From the NCBI RefSeq assembly GCF_018977255.1, contig NW_024704742.1:132682001-132746000 (forward strand): a stretch of DNA of 64,000 nucleotides, read 5' to 3'. This document shows positions 40,041-53,996 of the stretch, in pieces. Position numbers and translations under genes: made by a program. Within the stretch, counting starts at the first letter, position 1. The number at the start of each line of letters is the position of its first letter. This DNA comes from Callorhinchus milii (Eukaryota). The notes beneath the pieces are model-generated. The model ran no database searches. It saw nothing but the letters and a program-made list of their open reading frames with translations, and had not been told where the DNA came from.

Positions 40041-40640
40041 TACAACAACAAAATTACATTTGTATATCGCCTTTCACGCGGAAGGACATCCCAAGGCACT
40101 GGACAGTCAGTGTTTTGGAACCAACCTGCGGGTTGGGATTGGGGAGGGTGGAGGGCAGGCGGGGAAGGAGGGTGACTGAAGGCACGGTCGAAGAGGAGGG
40201 TCTTGAGATGGGTCTTGAAGGAGGCAAGGGAGGGGGTGAGGTGGAGGGAGTGCGGGATGGCGTTCCAGAGGGTGGGTGTAGAGTGGCTGAAGACACCCTC
40301 GCCAATCAGGCCAGAGTCCACTGAGCGGAGGGAGTGGGCAGGTTGGTTGGGGGTTAGGAGGTCATAGAAATTGGGGGAGCAAGGCCATGGAGGGCTTTGA
40401 ACGTGAGGTCCAGGATTTTGAACTGTATCTTCTGCTTGATGGGAAGCCAGTAGATCAGGCGAGGATGGGGGTGATAGGGTCGCGGAGCCTGGTGCCGGGA
40501 GTGTACATGGGCTGCACAGTTCTGCAGCCGATGGAGAGAGGAGTTTAGGAAGCCGACAATCAGGAAGTTTGCGTAGTGAAGCCTGCATGTTATGAATGCG
40601 GTATGAGGGTCTCCTGTGGTGTGAGATCGCGGGCTGCACA
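40041..40640 (-). mobile_element. L2 LINE 3' end
   Basis: WLPIKQKIQFKILDLTFKALHGLAP and FKTHLKTLLFDRAF, followed by a (TTG)n tail. Confidence 0.88.
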
Positions 40641-40789
40641 CCGCAGTATTACTACTGTATTATGTAAAACCTAGGGTTTAATTAGAAAGGTTGCTATATT
40701 TGCTAAGGCTCCTTGGGACTCAATGGTTCCTATCTTGCTGTCTCCTGGGGAATGTTTTACTATGGTGGATAGAAAGCCAGAGTTGAATA

Positions 40790-41215
40790 ATAAACTTACT
40801 ATTTTTATGGCACCTCTAATGCCAAAATGAATGAAAACACTTCACAGATACAATATTTGCTGCCAAATGTAGTTACTATGTTTGCAGGTGAATGTGGCAG
40901 ATATTTGGCAGATGGCAATGTCCCACAAACAGCCTTGAAGTGAGTGACCAATTTTTATCTGGGGGGGAATGTTGACCAGGACATCGGGCGAAACTCTCTT
41001 CACTTTTCGAACAGTGCCATGGGATCTATAACATCAACCTGAACAGGCAGATGGGATCCTTGGTTTAATGTCTCATCCGAAGGATGGCACCTCCGACAAT
41101 GCTGTACACCCCAAGCACTGCACTGGAGTGTCAGCCTAGACTATGTGAGCTCAAATTCCCGATGTTGGGGCTTGAACCCACAAACTTCTGACTTAGAGAC
41201 GAGAGCCAGGCTGAT
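40790..41215 (-). mobile_element. Family-B DeuSINE
   Basis: Reverse copy with tgccatgggatc..ccacc/caacctgaacaggcaga motifs. Confidence 0.8.
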
Positions 41216-42037
41216 CTCAGTAGCAGGAGTGTAATGCCCTTGTGCTCCATATCTGTGGATCAACCAATTTCATTCTGCCCTTCACACCCCTCACTACCAG
41301 TACTTTCTCCCTCAGTACAAACCCACCTTGAGACATCCTTCCAACAGGTAAGATGCTATATAATGGCAAACGGTTGTTGCTGCATACTGCAGAGGATTCT
41401 CTGTATAGTAACCTATAAACCATCTCAATCCCCAGCTTGGAGACTCAAGTGTCAATTCCTCAGTGACATGGTGACTGACGCACACAGACACCGTCCCAGC
41501 CCTTTGGAGGCTGCCACCAAAGTTCACACCAATTAATGCTCTATTTCACGGTAGCTTTAAACGTGAATGTGCTGTGAGCTGGATTGAGACTTCTTAAGGC
41601 TGTTTCCCCCATGACCCGTTACATAGAGACGTCATATTGAGAGAGAGAAAGAGGAGATAACCAGTTCCCTTTAAATCTGGATCAATTCAAACATCTCGCA
41701 TTTCTGCTATCTCTGAATCCCTATTTCCACGTGTGCATGCCACACACAGGCATGTATATATGTATGTGTATACACACACACACATATATAAGTATAGAGA
41801 TAGAGACACAAAGAAACACTACCATTCCAAAGGGACCCAAGTCATCTCTGCAGCTTCCTGTTCACCTACAAAATACACAGTCAGTGGCACTTCAAAGTAA
41901 AACCCCGTGAAAAAGCTTAGAGACTTTTCGATGACGTGATAAGATGTCAGTCACATCGCAATCCAAGGATTACTTTCCTTGCTGGCACCGGGGATTTGCT
42001 GTGAATGCGGACTCAGCAAGAATTTTTCTCGAATACG

Positions 42038-42068
<31 letters not shown>

Positions 42069-44489
42069 AGGCAGTGCTCTAAATAACTTTTTTTTCTGAC
42101 ACAACATCAATTGAAAGGCGAGATGCGGCAGGGGATTTTGATTACCGGCTTTTCATGACTTTAACCTGTTGGAGTTAGATGGGCTGGCAAGCTGGTCACA
42201 CGGAATCCAAATAAATCCACAGGCAAATGCCAGTGGAGAGGGTCTGTGTGTGTGGGAGGGGAGCTCAGGATGGGAGGCCAGGTGGGTAGAATTTGCCTAT
42301 GTTGCTAGTTCAAGGTTAGTCACCGAGAACCATCTTTGGGTGCTTTTTTCATTGTTCAGGGATAAAGGAATAAAAATAATATTCCCTGCATTCGATACAG
42401 TGTTTTTCACATCAGTGTACGTTTAAAAGTGCTTCAGAGGATTGACTGTTAAAAAATATAGTGACTGGGTATTTTTACATTGACGCTCCAATGCAATGCT
42501 GGGGGTTGTGGCATTGTCGTAGGTGCCATGCTTTGGATCAAACGTTAAACCAAAGTCCCTGCCTGTTCAGCTGGATGTTAAAGATCCCTTGGCACTATAT
42601 GAAAAGAGAAGTCCCCAAATAAAATGGGTCATTCACTCCACTGGTTGTGTCTCCACAAAGACACAGTCAATCCACTTTACAATATATTCTGTGAAGGGCT
42701 TCGGGACGTCTCAACAACGTGATAAGGTGCTACATCAAATGCAAGGATTTTATTTTGGGGATTTATTGACCAGGACACTGGGAGAGACAAACTCCCTTCT
42801 CTTTTCGAATAGTGCCATGGGATCTTTAACATCCACCTGAACAGGCAGACGGGACTTCAGTTTAACGTGAAGCTTACTGCGAGGGATGGGGAGGTAAAGG
42901 GAGAAACAGCGGTCTGTGCGGGAAGGAGATGAGAAGTGAAGCTTCCGTCTTGTAAATACCGATTCCTGATAGAAACTCAGAGTTAGCAAGTGGCAAGAAC
43001 ATTTATTATCCAACCCAAAATTAATCAGTGCAAGATCGAAACCAGTTATTTATTAGTGGAGCAGTAGTGGAGCAAAGCCATTAGCAGCTAAACTGTGATT
43101 TTCCAAAATAAGCAAATTGATGTTTTTTTACCACTTTATTGTGGTTCCATTGATTTGCACGGTGAGCAGCAGTGATGCATAAAATTAACACTGGATTTTT
43201 AAGGTAGGGATTAATCTATCGGTGGCAGGCCAGCTCATTACGGGGGAACACTGCTAATTTGTTTTTGTTTATTCTGCAGTGTAATGTAACAGTCCTTAAA
43301 CTCAATAATAACTCTATTACTGCAAATCACTAAACAAACAGCCCGGGCCACAAATCTCGGCGGCTCCTAATTAAACGGACCTCTCATCCTTTAATTAAGC
43401 AATCTTTTTTTGGGTTTCAGTGGCTTAATACGATGCTGGGGTTGACATCATTGGTTTAATTGTCTGCGGTGCTTTCTGGGATGCCGCCTCTTGTCATGCA
43501 AAGCATTTAACTGTGTTTACACTAATTTGCTCTTTCCATTACCACCTGTACCCCTGATACCTGCCAGGACTCCAGACGTGCCTCAGTCATTGAGCAAAGC
43601 TGCACATTACTGCGTGTAAAGCAATTCGGGGCATGGCCCTTATCTGTTAACGACTGACTTATAACCTTGCATTTGTTACAGTGCCTTATCATGCCATCGA
43701 GACATCTCAAGCTCTTTGCAGGATTTACTGCACAGTGTAGTGACTGTGTATTTTGTGAGTGGAATGCGGTGGTCAATTTGTGCACTGCATGACCCACAAG
43801 CAGCCATGGAGTGAATCACCACCTTCATCTGGGGCATTGTTTGCAAAGGCCCCGGAAGAAACCATGCGATCGTTAACGTCCACGTAGACAGGGAGACAAG
43901 ACATCTGTTTAATGTCTTACCCAGAGGACGGCACCTCCACAGCACTGCACTGAAGTGCCATCTTAGACTGTATGAGTTCCAAAGCCCGAGGTGTAGCTTG
44001 AACCTACAACCTTTTGACTTAGAGACAAGCATGTTACCAGCTAAGCCAGGTTGATTTACATGATGTAATGACACTCTGGCTCAGTTAGTTGGCTTAGATC
44101 CTAGTTTTGAATCCCAGTGGGTGAACTCAGATCTCTATGCTTTGTCGACAGATTAAAATGAATTGCATTGACTACATTTCGTAAGTGAACTTGACAGTCA
44201 ATTTGCACACAGCGGTGTCTCACAAACAGCCATGACACGAACGACCAATTTTAGCTGGGGCATTGTTGGCCTGGACACCGGAAGAAACTTCCTTTGCTTT
44301 TCGAATAGTACCACAAGATCTTTAATGTCCACCATAATCATATTGTCCACGACAATAAATCGTTAAATGACTCACAACCTGTGTACCTAAAACACAAGTT
44401 AATATAATAATTCCGCAGTACAGTTGAGAAAAAAAGTTTTTAAAAAGCATTGTATTTGCATACAAAATAGTACACTTTAGAATATATCT

Positions 44490-44740
44490 CCTTGAACACA
44501 TTCAAGACCGAGATAGATAGATTTCTTATTGCAACAGGGATTAAGGGATATGGGGATAAGGCAGGGTTAGGTTATTAGCTGGAGTTAGATTAGAAGATCA
44601 GCCATGATTGAATGGCGGGGCAGGCTTGAAGGGCCGAATGGCCTACTCCTGCTCCTACACGTTATGTTATGTTATGTTATGTTATGTTATGTTATGTTAT
44701 GTTATGTTATGTTACGTTACGTTACGTTACGTTACGTTAT
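44490..44740 (+). mobile_element. CR1 LINE 3' end with expanded (GTTAT)n/(GTTAC)n tail
   Basis: ttcaagaccgagatagataga...gggccgaatggcctactcctgctccta, then a pentamer array at 44661-44740. Confidence 0.8.
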
Positions 44741-44969
44741 ATCCTGTGAAGGGGTTTGAGGCAAGCTTCTGATGTGAATATCGTGAGATCAAATGCAGGA
44801 ATTGTTATTATTATTCTTGTGCTAAGTTTGTCTCAGTCTCAGTTGAAGGTCCAAGAATTATTGGACTTAAAAGTCAGGCAGCATTACATATGGTGTGGTT
44901 GGTCATGTGCGATTAGAATGGGAATATCCCACCAATGGCCATCATCATCAAAGAATCTGCGTGTAACAT

Positions 44970-45405
44970 CAAGGGGACTTTCAGCCCTTGTGTGGGAACT
45001 TTGAACTTCCAGTCTAGACGAGCAGCACAGAGGAGATCCATTCTGTCTTTTGGTCGAGGCGTTAAAGCGAGGTCCCATCTGCTCGTTTCAGGCAGATATT
45101 AAATATCCTATGGTTCTGTTTGAAAAGAAAAGAGAGTGTCCTGGCCAACAATCCCCCAAACAAAATTGGTCACTCGCTCCATGGCTGTTGGCGGGATGTT
45201 GCTGTGTGCAACTTGGCTGCTGCGTTTCGCCCACAAAACACACAGTAACTACAATAACAACAACTTGGATTTATATTGCGCCCTCCACGCCGGACGGCGT
45301 CTCAGAGCGCTCAGAACTACACTTTACTGTATATCATTGTAATGCTTCGGAGACGTGCCCTGATGTGAGAGGCATGATACAAAACATAGGGATTATTGTT
45401 ATTAT
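44970..45405 (+). mobile_element. Family-B DeuSINE carrying a 61-bp nested insertion
   Basis: Deu motifs; insert at 45254-45314. Confidence 0.78.
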
Positions 45406-46289
45406 TTTCAAAGATGTCACCCATCAGATAAGACATCAAATTGAGGTGTTGTCTCCTTGCTCAGGCAAAAGTTAAAGATCCCATGGGACAATTAGAAAAG
45501 TGAAAGGAGTTTCTCTCGGTGACTTGGCCAGCAATTTCAACAAATAAATTGGGTCGTTCTCTTTATGTCTGTTCGTGGGACCTCAGTGCGCACAAATTGT
45601 CTCCCGAACCTGACAGCAATTACCTGTGACATGCTTTGAGGTGTTTTGACATGATACACGCCATATCAAACTTAAGGATTATTTTTGCTATCATTAAGCA
45701 TTTAGCTGACAAAACCATTCACAGAATTGCCTGGAGATAATCCACACTTGCGAGCCTTTGGGAGTGGGGGAGGGAAGAGGATTGTGAGAATTTGCAAGAG
45801 TTATTTAACAACTGAATCGCTTTTGGCAGCTTTGTGGCAGCTATGAAATAGTTTTCTGTGAATTTAAAGGAAACAGAGAAGCGCTCAGGGGATGTGTGTT
45901 GTTTCTGCAATTGTTTCATATCCCTCTGCTTATAATTGAAAAATGAATGACAAGCATTACAGTAAATTCCCCGTACATAAAACAAAATTTGATCACTGAA
46001 TCCACGACTGTTTGTGGGGCACTGCTGTGTGCAATTGGCTGCTGCGTTTCGCCCACAAAATATACAGTCAATTCACTTTACAATATATTCTGTGAAACAC
46101 TTTGAGAAGTCTCAACGATGTGAGAAGGTGCTAAATCAAATGCAAAGATTATTATAATGATTATTTTACATAAATCACGTTAGGGAGAACACCTCAAAGA
46201 GCTTCATAGATTATGCTGTAAAGTGAATGGACTGTATATTTTGTGGGTGAAACGCGGCAGCCAATTGCACACGCAGTGTCCCACAATGA

Positions 46290-46441
46290 GTTGAAAAATA
46301 GAGGGATTAGGGGATATGGGGATAGGGCAGGTAATCAGTTAGGTGAGAAGATCAGCCATGATCTTATTGAATGGCGGGGTAGGCTCGAGGGGCCGAATGG
46401 CCTACACCTGCTCCTAATTCTTATGTTCTTATGTTCTTATG
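46290..46441 (+). mobile_element. CR1 3' end nested in a minus-strand family-A SINE (~46170-46650)
   Basis: gatcagccatgatcttattgaatggcgg...ctcgaggggccgaatggcc...(ttcttatg)n; SINE sequence resumes on both sides. Confidence 0.8.
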
Positions 46442-48249
46442 ACTGAGTGACCAAATTGTTATTAATTTTATTTATTTATTTTTTGCAGGGAATATTAGCC
46501 CCCAAAAGGGGTTCCACCAATCAACTAACAACTGGATTCCTACTTACTGCTGGGTAAGTAATTACTGCGTGTGGAACATGGAAACGTGCCTAACATTTCG
46601 CCCTGCCTGAGAATCAAACCCGGGTCCTTTTGCTTGCGAGCCGAGTTCATTAATCCAGGATCTTTCGGTAAGCTTGGGATATCAGTTTTGGCTGCTAACT
46701 CAGCTTTATAGTGTATTCTATGAAGTGTCTTGAGATGTCCTCTCAGTGTGAAAGATGCTGTATCAAATGCAATAATAATCCTTGCATTTGATATAGCGCT
46801 TTTCACATCTTCTAGACGTCTCAAAACGCTTCACAGAATATACTGTTAAGTGAATTGACTGTATACTTGTGGGCGAAACACGGCAGCCAATTGGGCACAG
46901 CAATGTCCCACAAACAGTCGTGAATTGAAGTGATCAATTTTATTATTTTTTTTCTTGAGGGATGATTATTAGGCGTGTGGAGTAAGGTTTTGCCTTGCTG
47001 GGAATCGAACCAGGGTCTCTATAATTATCATTCCTGTGATCCTTTTAAGCTGAGTATTTCCCACGAACCAATTGTTACCCTCCCCCCCTCACTTTCCACC
47101 CACCACCACCTTCCACCTATCTGCTCTCACTGTAAAGATTTTCTGAAATAATCAACAGAAATAGTCTGAAAGGATGCTAGTGTTAATAAGAATTATTTTC
47201 CCTGTTAGTTTTTAAAATGGATATTGACAGCAAAACGACCTCTTTAATTGTCGCCGACTTGATGAATGTAGCTCTTTTTGTGCAGCCCATCAGTCATTCC
47301 GACAAGGGTGAATATTATTGATCTTGCGGCAGGTGGAAGGTACAATAGGTAGAATAATGGAGAGGTGGGAGGCAGCCAGTAGACAGTGATATACAATCGA
47401 GGAGTGCACCACACAACTAGACATGGCAAAGCTCACCTTCTCTACACGAGTTATCTGATCCTCTCTCTCTGTCATCAATCATTCTCTGTGAGCTTTTATC
47501 TAAATAATAATACTAATAATCCTTGCCTTTGATATAGCGCCTTATCACGTCATCGCGATGTCTTAAAGCGCTTCACAGGATACACTGTAAAGTGGATTGA
47601 CTGTGTATTTTGACTATATGGTTGCAGGTCCACACATGGGGCTTGAACCCACAGCCTTCTGACTCAGAGACGAGAGTGCCACTAACTGAGCCAAGCTGAC
47701 ACACTGATACCTATCAAAGGAGGGGAAAAGATAATTAAAAACGTGGTAAAAGAGGTATAATTTTGAGACATGCCTTGATAGAGAGGAGGGAAGGAATGAA
47801 TCGGAGGGACTCTGGGATGGATTTCAGGGAAAGGGATGGAATGGCTGAAATGGCTGAAAACATGCATGAAAGCAATGATGTGTCAAATAGGGCGGGGGAC
47901 ATGAAACAGAGTGGTGCCCGCTGAGCGAAGGGAGCAGCCAGTGTGGTGTAGTTATAGGAGATCGCAGAGGTAGGGTGGGGCAAGACCGTGGGGGGATTTG
48001 AATGTGATATCTCCTGGTTCAAATCACTTTCCGTATTCTGTGCGAATTTCTCATTTGTGCAAAAAAACTGACAAGTTTCAGATCAGATGTGCTTGGCAAC
48101 TACGTATAATCAGTGCAAGAAAATTGTCATTGAGCAAGGCAGCCAAAGTAACCTGTTTCGATCAAGTAAAATGGGTCCGTCTTGTTGGCCAGTTCTATCA
48201 AATAGCATTGCGAAATTCTTCAACTCAGTCTTAATTTGGAAGTTGGACT

Positions 48250-49280
48250 CTTTAATATCTACACGCTCCCCCTTGGTGACATCATCCACAGACATGGGGT
48301 CAACTGCCACATATATGCGGATGACACCCAACTATCTTTCTGCCTCCACCCTCAACTCCAGGACCACTGCTGTCCTGACAGACTGCCTGTCGGACATCAA
48401 GTCCTGGATGAGGGCAAATTTCCTACAGTTGATTGTGAACAAGACTGAGGCCCTCCTGATTGCCTCGCGCCAGCGCCTCAGCACCTCAGGCTCTGGCAGC
48501 ATCAAACTCCATGGTTACACACTTCAACTCACCAAGTCAGTCAGGAACCTCGGTGTCTTGTTCGACCCTCAACTGTCTTTTCTTCCCCACATCCAACCAA
48601 TGACCCGCTCTGCCTTCCCTCACCTCTGCAACATCGCCCAACTCCGCCACTACCTCACCCCTCAGGGCGCTGAAACTCTTGTTCATGCCTTCATCACCTC
48701 CAGGCTCGACTATGCAAACGCCCTGCTTGTCAGCCTTCCCAACTCCTCCCTCCACAGGCTGCAGATAATCCAGAGCTCTGCAGCCCATGTCCTCTCCCGC
48801 AACAAACTCCGTGACCCCATCTCCCCCATTCTCGCCTGACTCCATTGGCTCCCTATCCTTCCGAGGATCCAATTCAAGATCCTGGTCCTATCCTACAAAG
48901 CCCTCCATGGCCTCGCCCCACCCTACCTCTGCGACCTCCTAACCCCCTGCCAAACCGCTCGCTCCCTCCGCTCAACTGGCTCCGGCCTGCTCCACATGCC
49001 CCAACCCACTCACCCCACTATTGGTAGGAAAGCCTTCAGCCACTCTGCCTCCAACCTCTGGATCCCCAATCACTCCTCCGTGCTCTCTCCTTAGCTTCCT
49101 TCAAGTCCCGCTTCAATACCCTCCTCTTCAACCATGCCATCGGCCACCCCCCTTGCCCTCCCCTCCCTTCTCCCCCCTGACCCCAGCTCGGGTCTGAAAT
49201 GCTGTACACTGTCCAGCGCCTTGAGACGTCCTCCCAATGTGAAAGGCGCTATACAAATGCAACCTTGTTGTTGTTGTTGT
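48250..49280 (+). mobile_element. 5'-truncated L2 LINE (RT C-terminus, 3' UTR, (TTG)n tail)
   Basis: HIYADDTQL, DIKSWMRANFLQL, SRLDYAN; terminal stem-loop and ttgttg tail; very similar to 24500-25200. Confidence 0.92.
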
Positions 49281-50118
49281 TCCGCAGTGGTTAAAAAGAA
49301 ACCAGTTTCCAAATAAAGACAAGAATTCAGAATTTTCCACAATTCTGCATGATCTATACTCTTTGGTGAAGTACTTTGAGACATTTTGAAGACGTGATAA
49401 GGCGTTATATCAAACCCAACGTTTATTATTATAATTATTATCTTAAATTTTAAAGCAAAATTATCTTACAGGCCAGGATTAAGTTGCATTATGGCATTGT
49501 AGGACTCAAGAGATGAGGGACGTGCTGAGGGTAGGGAGGGACGGGGAAAGGAATGTGGGGGTAGAGGCAGGGAAGAAAATTGGATGGAGAGTGAAAAAAA
49601 AACCTTGACAAGAATGAAACGTGCAAAAATGTGCAGTGTACAAGGAGGCTGCAGCATGGATAGGCGTAAACACAGTTTAGACTGATAGCAGCAAGAGTGT
49701 TTTTAACTAAGGATCCAAAAGTCAAGGAGTTTGTCAATTATCCGCTGCAAAAGAAAAACCAACAAAGCTTATCTCTCCGACCTCCCTTGTTCATTTCAGC
49801 TGAAGTAGTAACTGTTACAAATTCATTTGACAACATGTCTTGTTGATCAGTTAATTAGTTTCTGAGGAACGTTGTCACGAACCAATGTTCCCTCTTCATT
49901 AATACTCAGGCACACAGCACAAGGCCCAACTCTCCTGGGGGTGAAGTCAGCTGGTTTTTATTTAACCTTTGGGAGGCAAAAAGTTGTACTAAGAAATCAC
50001 AAGTAGGTTGCTGCCTGCCCAGGACCAGAATGTGACTCTCACACCACGACAAAATGGTTAATTGGAATCTAACGATAAATCAACCACAAAATACTCAAGT
50101 CGCTACTTTATAGTCCTA

Positions 50119-50541
50119 TAATAATAATCCTTGCATTTGATATGGTGCCTTATCAGATCGTTGAGATGTATCAAGGTGATTCAGGGAATATATAGTAAAG
50201 TGTATATACTGTAACAACAACAACAACTTGGATTTATATAGCGCCCACCATGCCAGACGGCATCTCAGAGCGCTTAAATACTGTATATTTCACTGTATAT
50301 TTTGTGGGCGAAACACGGCAGTCAATTGCACACAGCAGTGTCCCACAAACAGTGGTGGATTGAGCGACTAAATTATTATTATTTATTTATTATTTTTGGA
50401 AGGAATTATTACCCCTGGAAAGAGATCTGCCAATCGACTAACAACCGGGTTCTTACTTACTGCTAGGTAAATAGAGGCTTGTGGAATAAGGAAACTTGCC
50501 TAAGGTTTCGCCATGGCTGGGAGTCAAATCCAGGTCGTTTT
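50119..50541 (-). mobile_element. Family-A SINE (long) carrying a 64-bp nested insertion
   Basis: Reverse copy; insert at 50214-50277. Confidence 0.85.
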
Positions 50542-52503
50542 GCTTGCAAGTGCTCTAACCCAAAACGTAAATTAAATTAGCTTGAAGGGCTTTCTTAACC
50601 CAAATCTCTTATGATCTTGAGAGGTTGCTTACAAAGTGAGAAATGGCCATTCACACACTCTCTCTGCTTTTCATAAAATTCAGAGATGTCTCAAAGTGTT
50701 TCACAGAATATACTGTAAAGTGAATTAATGGTTTTTTGGGGGGTGAATCTCTGCAGTCAATTGCACACAGCAGTTTCCACAAACAGACATGGATTGAGTG
50801 ACCAAATTATTATTTTTTTTGAAGGGATTATTACCCCTGAAAAGCGATCTGCATCGAATAACATGTGGAATAAGGAAATTTGCCCAATGTTTCGCCCTGC
50901 CCAGGAATCGAACCCAGGTCTCTCGCTTGGGATGAGAATGCTCTAAGCACTAAGCTACAGGACGCCAGTAAAGATCCCATGGAGCTATTTGTAAAGAGAA
51001 AACATTTTCCCAGTGTCCTGGACATCAATTCCTCTAGATAAAATCAGTCATTGACTTCATGGCTGTTTGTGGGATGTTGCCATGAGCAAATTGGCTCCCG
51101 TGTTCGCCTAAAAATGCAGAGTCATTACACTTTACAGTGAATACCCTGTGAATCACTTTGAGACGTCTTGATGATGTGAAAGGCAATGTATCAAAAGTAA
51201 AGATTATTACAATTAATAATAAATCTGAATAAATCATGAGAATCCCATTGCCTTTAATATAGCAGCAAACAACAATTTACGCCCTTCCCATGGGTAGCAT
51301 CTCGTAGCATGGCAGTTTGGGTGGAAAGGGAAGGTAATTGTAGGCATAGTTGAAGAGCAAAGTCTTTAGGTGCGATCTGAAGATGGTCAAATACCGTTAC
51401 ACACCTAACACTTACCACAAAATGCTGTTGAAACAAATTCTGTTACAACTTTTTAAAAAGGATCGGATAAATGCCCGAGGAAAAATATTGAAGCTTACGG
51501 GAAACAATTACACAATGGGTCGAGTGAGCACCTTCTGAAACATAAACTGTCTAGAATTCCTTGATAATAGTGGAAGCTGGTGGAAAAGCTTAACAAATAT
51601 TAAGCAGTGTTAAAATTTTATTGGGTAATAATTCACAAATCATTTTATGAAATTTGTTTTTGAAAACCTCTATAAAAGTTCCTGTTTTCCAATTCTCCCA
51701 TTTCCTTTTGATCTGTTGTGAAGCACAGAAAATGCCCATTGAGGGCTTTTATATCTCTGCCTTTTAATATAGCTGGATATATGGCACACGGAACAAGGCT
51801 CCTAATCTCCTAATATCATTTCTCTCTCTCTTATATATTTGTTAGATGCTCGTTCGGTGGCCCCCGAGAATCTGGGCAAATTGCTACATATTTCTCTTGT
51901 GAATACGATGAGACGGTATTATTGTTGAAGTTCCAACATAGAGTGCTCTGTCGTATTGACCACCTCATCCTTTTGTTTGCCATTTTGCTCTTTAATGCTC
52001 TATCTGTTACAGGCGTTAAACTACCTCACTGTTGCTTGTGTCGACCTTATCAAAATTGGATTGTTTGGAGCAGAACCAATTGAATATTAATAATAATGTT
52101 TGATATAATGGCTGATCATGATCTTTGAGATGTTTCAAAGATATACTATAAAGTGTAGAGGCATTCAATAACCTCACAAACAATCATAAAGTGAGTAACC
52201 AATTTTGCTCATGGAATGTACAGTCAATTTACTTTGCAGTGTATTCTGCGAAGCGTTTTGAGATGTCTCGAAGACGTGATAAGATGCTATATAAAATGCA
52301 AGGGTTATTATTATTATCATTAACACCAATCCAATAATTATCACTTGGCACCTCACGTAAATAAATTTGACGCATTAAAAAAAGGGGTATCTTTCAATTT
52401 ACTGTTTAATTTCTGACCGGTTTACAAAGAGTAACTCCATAACAAAAAAAGCAGAACACCATTTTTTTTTGAAACACGAACATACTCTCGACACTGAATC
52501 GGC

Positions 52504-52509
52504 TTTATT
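52504..52509 (-). promoter_or_regulatory. Candidate distal polyadenylation signal
   Basis: AATAAA on the minus strand followed ~20 nt later by GU-rich gtatgttcgtgtttc. Confidence 0.35.
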
Positions 52510-53706
52510 GAGGCATCTCCTTGCGTTCTAAAAGGGTGGACGACTTGCAAAGCTTGGAAGGCGGTTCCAGCAAATCATCCGATGTGAGTGGGGGTGGGGG
52601 GGGGGCAATAAAACAGTTCTGTGACCAAAAAGAGGAGCATCAACGAAGACACGGAAATAGACCCGTCCGAGAACGTCAGGGGAGGGCTTGAGAGCAAAGC
52701 GGGCGTTTCATTAACGACTCGGTCTCTCTCTGTTAATAATAACCTCGCCTTTGATATAACGCCTTATCACGTCTTCAAAACGTCTCAAAGCGCTTCACAG
52801 AATATACTGTAAAGTGAATTGACTGTAATTTGTGGGCGAAACGCGACAGCCAATTGCACACAGCAGCTTCCCGTAAACACTCGTGGATTGAGTGACCAGA
52901 CTATTATTTTTTTTTGAAGGGATTGTTACTGTCATTTCCGTGTTCTCAAATGGTCGGCAATGAACCTGGTTTTAAAAAATCTGCTCTGAGTGAAAATAAT
53001 ACCTTTTTTTTTTTCTCCGTGCGGATAAGAGAGGAAAGAAATCCCTGATGGGTCTTTTTTTTCTCTCGAAAAATAAGAAAAATTGCTGTTGATCAAGAGA
53101 AATATTTAGTGACCTCTTGTTTGATGGGTGGTGCCCTTGAGGGAGCCATAGACTGGCTGGCTAAACCTTTAGTGGTCTTCTGAAAACAAAATTGTGCATA
53201 ATTCTCCCAGAACGGTAGAGCTGGGGAGACGGAGAATGTGGTCTCCAGGATAAGCAGCGATTCCAAATATATTTTGCTGCCTTTTTCTTTGTGTTTGTTC
53301 TAACCCCTGAGCACCGCAATCCAGCTTTCACTTTAACGCACTGGATTAAGTTTAGAAAAAAAGAAAAATAAAGTCAATGTACAAAGAGAGATAGAGATAG
53401 CGAGGGAGAGGGGGGGGAAATAAACAACAAACAAACAAATTAAAAGTTTTCATTCACGGCTCATTAAAAGCCGTTTATAATAAGATTCAAGCGAAAGTCA
53501 AGTCTACCGGGTTAGCAATTCCAAAAGGAGGTGGGGGGTGGGGGACAGGGGGAAATATAGTCTAAACAAAGTGAACAACACATTCTTTTATCCCTGGACA
53601 AGAGTGAGTAAGTAAGTAATATCGTTCAACAAATGCGTTCAACAGAAAAAAAAATTGGTGAAATGTGTTGTTTTGATCTTTGGTACAATGTGTAAAGAAG
53701 CCACGG

Positions 53707-53712
53707 TTTATT
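53707..53712 (-). promoter_or_regulatory. Candidate polyadenylation signal
   Basis: Plus-strand tttatt = AATAAA on the minus strand, with a U-rich tract further downstream. Confidence 0.35.
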
Positions 53713-53810
53713 GTTAGCTCATTGGTAACGTGTTGCCTTCCTTAACACCCTGCAAAAAAAAAAGATCCTTATGGTATGCTTGGGAGTTGATAGTCCGCCA
53801 TTCGGAATGA

Positions 53811-53818
53811 TGAGGTAG
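53811..53818 (-). promoter_or_regulatory. let-7 8mer seed site
   Basis: Plus TGAGGTAG = CTACCTCA in the mRNA. Confidence 0.6.
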
Positions 53819-53996
53819 GTGTACGATAGAATATATTCCCTTTCTTTGGTATGACAATATCAAATAAAAAAAATAACAACAGTGATCGATGAATATAAAC
53901 GCTTCTTCACAAGTGGCTTTACAATAAAATACAAATTAAATAAAATGAACTTCTATGAGGTATATTATGAGCTCTCTTATCTTTTAACTCTTTTTT

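Noticed and set aside
53811..53835. let-7 miRNA gene (TGAGGTAG...)
   Set aside because: Only the seed matches; no full mature sequence or precursor hairpin. Treated as a target site.
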